From: an uncultured virus (IMG/VR IMGVR_UViG_3300023173_001245)
Lineage: Duplodnaviria > Heunggongvirae > Uroviricota > Caudoviricetes
Virus record (IMG/VR): IMGVR_UViG_3300023173_001245
DNA: 64,000 nt
Direction: 5' to 3' (one strand)
In this document: in pieces, positions 38,013 to 46,200 of the stretch
Numbering within the stretch: the stretch's first letter is position 1
Layout: the number at the start of each line of letters is the position of its first letter
The notes under the pieces: generated by a model
What the model was told of the DNA's origin: nothing
Seen by the model: the letters and a program-made list of their open reading frames with translations, nothing else
Databases searched by the model: none
Made by a program: the position numbers and the translations under genes

Positions 38013-38222
38013 TTATTTGTTGTATAAATCTTCCAGTTTATCTCTGGATAGATCCACATACATTACTTCATCACCTGGTGCAGGTGCCTCTGGGTGACGT
38101 GGTTTAGATGGTTTATTCATCTCCCGATTAATGGATTGAATATTACTCCACATCATCGCAAAGGCAGCGCCCGCGATAAGAGCAAAGAAAATAAAATATA
38201 TGAGAACAAACCAGATGTTCAC
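38013..38222 (-). CDS. DUF2973-like cyanobacterial small membrane protein
   Basis: N-terminal TM helix, AMMWSNI, RHPE...GDEVMYVDL; overlaps the psbD stop. Confidence 0.65.
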   Translation of the reverse strand: MNIWFVLIYFIFFALIAGAAFAMMWSNIQSINREMNKPSKPRHPEAPAPGDEVMYVDLSRDKLEDLYNK

Positions 38223-39280
38223 AGTGCGTTACCCCTAGGCAATACTTCCTCTGGGAATACAAAGTTCTCGTGTGGTTGGTCGGCAGGTGCCATCCAAGCA
38301 CGAAGTCCTTCATTCAAGAGGATGTTTTTGGTATAGAAAGTTTCGAACTCAGGGTCTTCAGCAGCACGGATTTCTTGGGACACGAAATCATAAGCGCGAA
38401 GATTAAGTGCAAGACCAATGATACCGATGCTGGAAGTCCACAGACCCATAACAGGTACGAACAACATAAAGAAATGAAGCCAACGCTTATTTGAAAAAGC
38501 AATACCAAAAATTTGAGACCAGAATCTGTTAGCAGTGACCATTGAGTAGGTCTCTTCTTCTTGCGTTGGTTCGAATGCTTTGAAAGTGTTTGCTTGTTCA
38601 CCGTCTTCAAACAGAGTGTTTTCAACTGTTGCACCATGAATAGCACAGAGCAGTGCTCCACCAAGGATACCAGCAACTCCCATCATATGGAAGGGGTTGA
38701 GCGTCCAGTTGTGGAAACCCTGAAGGAAGAGTAGGAAGCGGAAGATAGCAGCAACTCCAAAAGAAGGAGCAAAGAACCAACTGGACTGTCCCAGTGGATA
38801 CATCAAGAATACTGAAACAAATACTGCGATAGGACCTGAGAACGCAATGGCATTATAAGGTCTGATACCTACTAAACGTGCGATCTCAAACTGCCGAAGC
38901 ATGAATCCTATAAGGCTAAAGGCTCCGTGGAGCGCCACAAAAGTCCAGAGTCCCCCAAGTTGGACCCAGCGGACGAAATCTCCCTGAGCTTCAGGACCCC
39001 AAAGGAGTAGTAGGCTATGTCCGAGAGCGTCAGCAGGAGTAGAAACAGCAGCAGTAAGAAAGTTACAGCCCTCCAGATATGAACTCGCAATTCCATGGGT
39101 GTACCACGAAGTTGCGAAGGTGGTCCCTGTAAGCCACCCGCCAAGAGCGAGATAAGCAGTCGGGAATAGAAGAAGACCAGACCAACCGACAAAAACAAAC
39201 CTATCTCGTTTAAGCCAATCATCCAAGACATCGAACCATCCCCTCTGTGAAATCGGTGGTGAAAGAGTTGAAGCAGTCAT
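38219..39280 (-). CDS. psbD: Photosystem II D2 protein
   Basis: [23 protein letters not shown] ... [11 protein letters not shown]. Confidence 0.99.
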   Translation of the reverse strand: MTASTLSPPISQRGWFDVLDDWLKRDRFVFVGWSGLLLFPTAYLALGGWLTGTTFATSWYTHGIASSYLEGCNFLTAAVSTPADALGHSLLLLWGPEAQGDFVRWVQLGGLWTFVALHGAFSLIGFMLRQFEIARLVGIRPYNAIAFSGPIAVFVSVFLMYPLGQSSWFFAPSFGVAAIFRFLLFLQGFHNWTLNPFHMMGVAGILGGALLCAIHGATVENTLFEDGEQANTFKAFEPTQEEETYSMVTANRFWSQIFGIAFSNKRWLHFFMLFVPVMGLWTSSIGIIGLALNLRAYDFVSQEIRAAEDPEFETFYTKNILLNEGLRAWMAPADQPHENFVFPEEVLPRGNAL

Positions 39281-39303
39281 TAATCTCCAAATTTACTTCT
39301 CTT

Positions 39304-39336
39304 ATTTATTTTACATAACTTTACAATTATTGTCAA
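39304..39336 (-). promoter_or_regulatory. psbD promoter: sigma70-type with overlapping late core
   Basis: TTGACA-ataattgtaaagttatg(17)-TAAAAT running into TAAATA. Confidence 0.75.
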
Positions 39337-39340
39337 GCAT

Positions 39341-39368
39341 AAAAAAGGGAGGTCCCGCAACCTCCCTG
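39341..39368 (-). terminator. Intrinsic terminator
   Basis: AGGGAGGT-tgcggg-ACCTCCCT plus T-run on the minus strand. Confidence 0.75.
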
Positions 39369-39373
39369 TCTTA

Positions 39374-39547
39374 TTAATCGTTTAGCATATTTCTACATAT
39401 CCGCTTACAAGTTTGTTGATCCTCGTCGCATTCGATTAAACAATTGAAATAATCATTGATTAAATCTAATTCATCATTACATCGGTCAACGTTTTCCTCA
39501 AAGTGTTTCCATTCAGCAAGTTGATTGTAATGTACAAGGTTGTGCAT
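39374..39547 (-). CDS. Small Cys-rich protein (twin Cx3C)
   Basis: MHNLVHYNQLAEW...DYFNCLIECDEDQQTCKRICRNMLND; GGAGG RBS before ATG 39547. Confidence 0.75.
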   Translation of the reverse strand: MHNLVHYNQLAEWKHFEENVDRCNDELDLINDYFNCLIECDEDQQTCKRICRNMLND

Positions 39548-39698
39548 AATAACCTCCACGCACAAGGTTAATCATAATGTAGTTGGAGTTTTCATTCATT
39601 TTTCTCACCTCATTATTCTACCACTATCTATACAATAATGTTCTCGTTTATACATTTTCGCAATAAAAATTTATGCCTACGAGTTTATACCTAGACAC

Positions 39699-39725
39699 AA
39701 AAAAAGGAACCCGAAGGTTCCTTTT
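39699..39725 (-). terminator. Intrinsic terminator after psbA with cUUCGg tetraloop
   Basis: AAAAGGAACC-TTCG-GGTTCCTTTTTTT. Confidence 0.9.
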
Positions 39726-39750
39726 GAAGAATATTCAGTTTTTAGATATA

Positions 39751-40830
39751 TCAACCGATGGTTGGAGCAGTGAGAGCAACAGGAGTGCTTTCAGCAGCAG
39801 CCAGGTCCAGTGGGAAGTTATGTGCGTTACGCTCGTGCATTACCTCCATCCCGAGGTTGGCACGGTTAAGAACATCAGCCCAGGTGTTGAGCACACGACC
39901 CTGAGAGTCGATGATCGACTGGTTGAAGTTGAAACCGTTGAGGTTGAATGCCATGGTGCTAACACCAAGAGCGGTGAACCAGATGCCAACAACAGGCCAT
40001 GCTGCGAGGAAGAAGTGCAGCGAACGGGAGTTGTTGAAGGAAGCGTATTGGAAGATCAGGCGACCGAAGTAACCATGAGCAGCCACGATGTTGTAGGTCT
40101 CTTCTTCTTGACCGAACTTGTAACCATAGTTCTGGGACTCGGACTCGGTGGTTTCACGAACCAGTGAGGAAGTAACCAGAGAACCGTGCATTGCACTGAA
40201 CAGAGAACCGCCGAACACGCCAGCAACGCCGAGCATGTGGAAGGGGTGCATCAGAATGTTGTGCTCTGCTTGGAAAACAAGCATGTAGTTGAAAGTACCA
40301 CTGATACCCAGGGGCATCGCATCAGAGAAAGAACCTTGACCGAAAGGATAAACCAGGAATACAGCAGAAGCAGCAGCGACAGGTGCGCTATAAGCAACAC
40401 AGATCCAAGGACGCATACCCAGGCGGTAGGAAAGTTCCCACTCACGTCCCATGTAGGCATAGATGCCGATCAGGAAGTGGAAGACAACCAGTTGGAAAGG
40501 ACCACCGTTGTAGAGCCACTCATCTAGGGAAGCAGCTTCCCAGATGGGGTAGAAGTGAAGTCCAATAGCATTGGACGAAGGAATAACAGCACCAGAGATG
40601 ATGTTGTTTCCGTACATGAGTGAACCAGCAACGGGTTCACGGATACCGTCGATGTCCACTGGGGGAGCACCAACGAAGGCGATGATGAAACAAGTAGTTG
40701 CTGCCAGCAGGCAGGGGATCATCAGGACGCCAAACCAACCAACATAGAGGCGGTTATCAGTAGAAGTTACCCAGTTACAGAATTGTTCCCAGGTGTTTGT
40801 GCCTTGACGGCGTGAAAGAGTTGCAGACAT
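39751..40830 (-). CDS. psbA: Photosystem II D1 protein (uninterrupted, no intron)
   Basis: [39 protein letters not shown]. Confidence 0.99.
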   Translation of the reverse strand: MSATLSRRQGTNTWEQFCNWVTSTDNRLYVGWFGVLMIPCLLAATTCFIIAFVGAPPVDIDGIREPVAGSLMYGNNIISGAVIPSSNAIGLHFYPIWEAASLDEWLYNGGPFQLVVFHFLIGIYAYMGREWELSYRLGMRPWICVAYSAPVAAASAVFLVYPFGQGSFSDAMPLGISGTFNYMLVFQAEHNILMHPFHMLGVAGVFGGSLFSAMHGSLVTSSLVRETTESESQNYGYKFGQEEETYNIVAAHGYFGRLIFQYASFNNSRSLHFFLAAWPVVGIWFTALGVSTMAFNLNGFNFNQSIIDSQGRVLNTWADVLNRANLGMEVMHERNAHNFPLDLAAAESTPVALTAPTIG

Positions 40831-40841
40831 TGTTTTAAGTA

Positions 40842-40960
40842 AAAGTAAGTAGATCCATCAGGGAAATGGTGGAGGTACTTATTTCCTTACCACCCTCAGG
40901 TAAGGATATGAGAGGCGTATTTTACTTGCTTAGCCTCGGTGAGGTGGTTAGACCCTTTTC
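40842..40960 (-). ncRNA. PhotoRC-II-like structured 5' leader of psbA
   Basis: Stems TCCTTACC-tgagggt-GGTAAGGA and AAGTA..CCAT-ttccctg-ATGG..TACTT, whose loops (GAGGG/CCCT) are complementary. Position matches the known cyanophage psbA-leader motif. Boundaries are approximate. Confidence 0.7.
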
Positions 40961-41012
40961 AGCAAGTGTTACAACCCGTTTAAGAAACGTTACATTCCTT
41001 AACGTGTTGATG

Positions 41013-41046
41013 TATTTATAATACTACGGTTTTCCGTCCCTGTCAA
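41013..41046 (-). promoter_or_regulatory. psbA dual promoter (sigma70-type plus T4 late)
   Basis: TTGACA-N17-TATTAT overlapping TATAAATA. Confidence 0.8.
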
Positions 41047-41051
41047 GCCCC

Positions 41052-41369
41052 CTAAACAGGATCAGTTGATAAAGTGCCTGCATTATCAACCAAAAGCCTG
41101 TAGGCAGTTCCATTTGGTGATGTGAGAACCAATCCAACTGAGGTATCAACACCAACCTTAATATCACTTTGGAATGTAGAAACTCCAGATACTCTTACAG
41201 CATCGAGTTCAGTATGACCATCTACATCCAAATGCCTGGAAACCGTTGCATCCGTACTAATAGCAACATTTACAGCATTTAAATTCAGGTTATTAGGACT
41301 GGTGATCGTGGGAGTACCAGAAGCACCAATCAAATTTAATTCCTTTATACCAAAACTTTTATCTGCCAT
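41052..41369 (-). CDS. Small virion structural protein
   Basis: MADKSFGIK; one DGHTELD fibre repeat; C-terminal LTSPNGT.YRL.VDN.G.LST; late core upstream. Confidence 0.7.
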   Translation of the reverse strand: MADKSFGIKELNLIGASGTPTITSPNNLNLNAVNVAISTDATVSRHLDVDGHTELDAVRVSGVSTFQSDIKVGVDTSVGLVLTSPNGTAYRLLVDNAGTLSTDPV

Positions 41370-41387
41370 CGAAGACTTTTTAGTTAT

Positions 41388-43292
41388 TTATGATTGAGTA
41401 AATGAAATGCCAGAAATACTAACACCACTCATAGTTGGTTTAGAGTCACTAGCACTATTATCATAGATTATTCTCTTTTCTGCATCTCTCATATTGTAAA
41501 GACCAGTCCAATATGCAGTAGTTGTATCATCTGGACTTGGATCAAGATAAAATTCACCAGCAAGTCTAGATCCATCAGTAAATAACCAATCTTTTACTTG
41601 CCTAGATGTTGCGGTTGGATTTGCTTGCATATACAAAGCAATAACACCTGCGGCTACTGGAGAAGCAGCAGAAGTTCCATTGAAGAGGCAATCATAAAAA
41701 CGAGTATCATCATATCTTTGATAGTCAGTATATCCAGAAACACCATTTGTTCCTGGTGCCAGTGTTTCATCGGCAGGGGCCCAGACATCAATTCCAGGTC
41801 CGTTGTTCGAATATGTTGCTTTTCTCTCAGCATAATTTTGAATATATTCATCCATGGCACCAACACAGATTGATGGATGAAAATCAGTGGCACTATCAAA
41901 ACCAATACCTTGAGGATTCATCCAATCTCTATGATTGCATGGACATGTTCCTGTAGGGAACTCTGCCCTAGGATCTGTTGTCCCAAACCATTCATCATCC
42001 ATATAATTTAATCGATCAGGATCATTAGCACCAATACCCAATCTTTGATTATTGTTTCCAGCAGCAGCAACGTAAATAACACCCTCTGCCATCATCTCAT
42101 CAGCAGCAGTATTAGTGGATGATGAACGTGATGAAGATGACCAAGATCTATAGGCACCCGATATTTGATTATTCAATCCGTTTTTCATTGCCGTCACTTG
42201 ATCTGTTGTAGAAGCAGTAGCACTAAATGATCCTGTAGATCCTCTAAACTTATAATCTACCGTAGCACTAGATGAAAATGCTGCCTGATATCCCCAACTA
42301 CCATTAACAACAGTAGGGTTTGCTCTGCCCGTTGCTGGATTAATTGGTTTGTTTCTGTGCCATATCTTCATCAAATCATAATTTGCTTCAATACTCATAC
42401 TAACATTATCACTGATACCGGGCATGTTCCAAATGTTTGCTTCAAAAGCCATTCCCATATATCTACCCGCTGCTAGTCCAGCACAAGCAGTCCCATGCCC
42501 ACTAATTAAACTATTGGTCCCATCAAGGTTATCGCCCATTGCTGCTGCAGCAGTATAAGCAGCAGGAATTGATACCGTGCCTTCTGACTGAAATGCTACA
42601 GAACGATTAGCAGTATTTTCCCACCATCCTTCTGCAGATGCTGTAGTAATACCAGTTCTACCATCAGTTTTGGTATAAGTATAGTTATTAGTTATGAAGT
42701 AATCAGGATCAATATAATAAGGTCCATCAAGTACAATATCTCTTACTCGTGATTGACCATTATCATCTAAAAACTCTGGATGATACTGAAGAACTCCAGA
42801 GTCGTGAATGACAACATCAACGTTTTTACCAGTCAAACTATAAACAACATCACCATTAATTGGTGGTGGGTTTCCCGTTACAACTCCAGACCCATAATCA
42901 CCACCAGTTTGTACTCCGACTCTTTTAACTTGCCATCCAGTTCTACGATATTCAGCACTGGTTGGACTAGTTGCTGGTGGAGCATTAACACCAAGATCCC
43001 GATATATCTTTACATCACCCTTAAATCTTTTTGTTGCTGGTTGGGGTTTGGGAAACGAGTCTGGATTATCTGTTGGAGATAGTTCAACCCATTCAATGTG
43101 CTCATGGTTTTTTAATTGCTCTGCTTCTTCATCCTCAAGTTCAAAAGTTCCTCTTGTTGGACTGTGTAGTTTTTCATCCCAACAGGAAACTTGTCTATCT
43201 GGAATATGATCGCACGTAGTTTCTTCACACAGAAGATCATGGATTTCCTGCCAATATTCTGGGGATGTTACTTTAACAGTATATTTTTTCAT
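41388..43292 (-). CDS. Subtilisin-like (S8) serine protease
   Basis: VIHDSG (Asp), GHGTACAG (His), AAAGN (oxyanion Asn), FNGTSAASP (Ser); acidic N-terminal propeptide-like region. Confidence 0.9.
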   Translation of the reverse strand: MKKYTVKVTSPEYWQEIHDLLCEETTCDHIPDRQVSCWDEKLHSPTRGTFELEDEEAEQLKNHEHIEWVELSPTDNPDSFPKPQPATKRFKGDVKIYRDLGVNAPPATSPTSAEYRRTGWQVKRVGVQTGGDYGSGVVTGNPPPINGDVVYSLTGKNVDVVIHDSGVLQYHPEFLDDNGQSRVRDIVLDGPYYIDPDYFITNNYTYTKTDGRTGITTASAEGWWENTANRSVAFQSEGTVSIPAAYTAAAAMGDNLDGTNSLISGHGTACAGLAAGRYMGMAFEANIWNMPGISDNVSMSIEANYDLMKIWHRNKPINPATGRANPTVVNGSWGYQAAFSSSATVDYKFRGSTGSFSATASTTDQVTAMKNGLNNQISGAYRSWSSSSRSSSTNTAADEMMAEGVIYVAAAGNNNQRLGIGANDPDRLNYMDDEWFGTTDPRAEFPTGTCPCNHRDWMNPQGIGFDSATDFHPSICVGAMDEYIQNYAERKATYSNNGPGIDVWAPADETLAPGTNGVSGYTDYQRYDDTRFYDCLFNGTSAASPVAAGVIALYMQANPTATSRQVKDWLFTDGSRLAGEFYLDPSPDDTTTAYWTGLYNMRDAEKRIIYDNSASDSKPTMSGVSISGISFTQS

Positions 43293-43293
43293 A

Positions 43294-46200
43294 TTAGAGT
43301 AGAGATCCTCTTACAAATCGATAGGTGGTTAAACCAACAACTCCAGTCTCTGGTGTTGCCTGAAGTGTAACTGTCGATCCAGTCATCGTTGCACCAAAGG
43401 AAACAATAATATCTGGTTGATACATGACACCATATTCTTGAGAATATGAATACTCACCATTCTGCATCACAAGAACTTTCTGAGATTGAATGTAAGTTCC
43501 AAATCCAACATGAACTGTATATTCGGCAGTCAGGAAATCATCAGTCGAAGTATCAAAACTATCAATAGCAGAAGCAATACCTGCCTGAGAAGTATGTTCA
43601 ACAAGTCCAGTTACAACACCATATCTTTGAACTTGCAGAATAGTCTGGGGATTTGTTGTACCTACGCCAACATTTGAAACTGTGTTAATACCAACTCCAG
43701 TCTGTTCCCAATATCCTGCGCCGCCACCTCCACCACCAGAGGGTCCTTGGATACCCTGAATACCTTGAGTTCCTGAACCAACAGCACCCTGAGTTCCTTG
43801 AGTACCATTAGTACCAGATGTTCCTTGAGTACCATCAGTACCTTGAGCACCTATTGCACCTTGAGTACCAGCACCTGTGGCACCTTGAGTACCATCAGTA
43901 CCTTGAGTTCCATCAGTACCTTGAGCACCTATTGCACCTTGAGTTCCAGCACCTGTAGCACCTTGAGTTCCGTCAGTGCCTTGAGAACCCGTTGCACCCT
44001 GAGTACCAGTCGTTCCCTGAGTTCCTGCACCAGTAACACCCTGAATGCCTTGAACACCCTGAGGACCTACATCACTAACATTAATAGTCCCATTCATGGC
44101 AGAATGGAATTGACAAACATAATATAAAGTACTTGGAGCGTTATAAGGAACTTCAAATGTTATTGTTCCAACCTGAGTACCGTTGCCAGTAACTCCAGTA
44201 CTATAAACATTTCCAGCATTGTATGCACCAGAACTTGTTTGGAAATAGAATGGATGACCAGAAGCATTGATATCAAAGATATAAGTAAATCCACGAAGAA
44301 GACTTAGAGTTGGATCATTAGTACTATCAATGACATAATCCGCAGATCCATTATTCGTTACAGTAAATGTTCTAGCACCTACGGTTCCTTCTGTACCCTG
44401 AGCACCAGTGGTTCCTTGAGCACCTGTTATACCTTGAGCTGCAACTGCACCATCAGTACCTTGAGTACCAGTAGTTCCTTGAGTACCAAAAGTACCTTGG
44501 GCACCGATGTCTCCTTGAACACCAGTAGTACCCTGAGTTCCAGCACCTGTAGCACCTTGAGTTCCGTCAGTACCTTGAGAACCCGTTGCACCTTGAGTGC
44601 CAGCACCAGTAGCACCTTGAGTACCGTCAGTACCTTGAGCGCCAGAAGCACCTTGAGTACCATCAGTACCTTGTGCTCCACTCATACCTTGAGCACCTTG
44701 AGTACCAGCACCTGTGGCACCTTGAGTACCGTCAGTGCCTTGAGTGCCAGAAGCACCTTGAGCACCTTGAGTACCAGCACCCGTAGCACCCTGAGTACCA
44801 TCAGTGCCTTGAGTGCCACTTAGACCCTGAGCACCACCAATTCCTTGAGCACCCTGAGTACCAGTTGCTCCCTGAGCACCTTGAGCCCCACCAGTATCAC
44901 CCTGAACACCCTGAACACCCTGAGATCCTCCAGGTCCAATAGGACCACCTTCACCAGTTATACCTTGAGTTCCTTGAGTACCCGCACCTGTGGCACCTTG
45001 AGTACCATCAGTGCCTTGAGCGCCAGAAGCACCTTGAGTTCCGTCAGTGCCCTGAGTTCCGTCAGTACCCTGCGCTCCAGTCGCACCTTGAGTTCCAGCA
45101 CCTGCTGCACCCTGAGTACCATCAGTACCTTGAGCACCAGTAGTTCCTTGAGTACCAGCACCTGTTGCACCTTGAATACCATCAGTACCTTGTGGTCCAG
45201 AAGGTCCTTGCGGTCCCTGAGCACCATCAGCACCATCAGAAGGTCCTTGTGTTCCAGTAGTACCCTGAACACCTATTGCACCCTGAAGACCATCAGCACC
45301 TTGAGCACCTTGAGCCCCACCAGTATCACCCTGAACACCTTGAGTACCTATTGCACCAGTAGTTCCCTGAGTTCCAGTGCCAGTTGCACCCTGAAGACCT
45401 TGAAGACCACCAGGTCCGCTAACACCCTGAGCTCCTATAAATCCCTGGGCACCTTGAGTGCCATTTTGTCCAGCAAATCCTTGAATACCCTGAGTACCTT
45501 GAACACCTTGAAGTCCAGCAATTCCTTGGGCACCAGTGGCACCATCAGATGGTCCCTGAACACCTTGAGGTCCAAAAAATCCTTGAGTACCTTGAGTACC
45601 CTGAGATCCATCTGTTCCTTGAAGACCCTGGATACCTCCAATTCCAGCCAAACCTTGAGTACCTATAGGACCATCAGCACCTTGAGCACCTTGAGGACCT
45701 GTTATATTTCCTACATCATCCCATGAAGATCCATTCCAAACCCACAGATTTCCAGTGTCTGTAACAATATATCCATCACCAATAGATCCACTATAAGAAT
45801 TTGGCCATCCAGGTAGATCTGTGTTTAAAGCAACCGATCCTTGAATCTGTACTGAAGTTCCCGAAGTTCCTTGAGTACCTTGAGTACCATCAATACCTAA
45901 TTGACCTCTTGTACCCTGAACACCTTGAGATCCTGTGGCACCTTGAGCTCCGTCACTACCAGAAAATCCTGCAGTACCTTGAGTTCCTTGAGTTCCTTGA
46001 GCACCATCAGCACCATCAGAAGGTCCTTGTGTTCCAGTAGTACCCTGAACACCGATAATACCCTGAATACCTTGAGTTCCTTGAGTCCCAGCACCTGTGG
46101 CACCTTGAGTTCCAGTTCCAATTTCTCCCTGGATACCCTGAATACCCTGAATACCCTGAGTGCCCTGAGCTCCTCCACCTTCACCGCCGCCTGTTATTTC

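Noticed and set aside
39673..40568. Long plus-strand ORFs antisense to psbA
   Set aside because: Expected from the biased psbA codon usage; no recognisable product
38219..40830. Group I intron or psbA-linked homing endonuclease
   Set aside because: psbA and psbD are full length and uninterrupted, and the only HNH is more than 5 kb away
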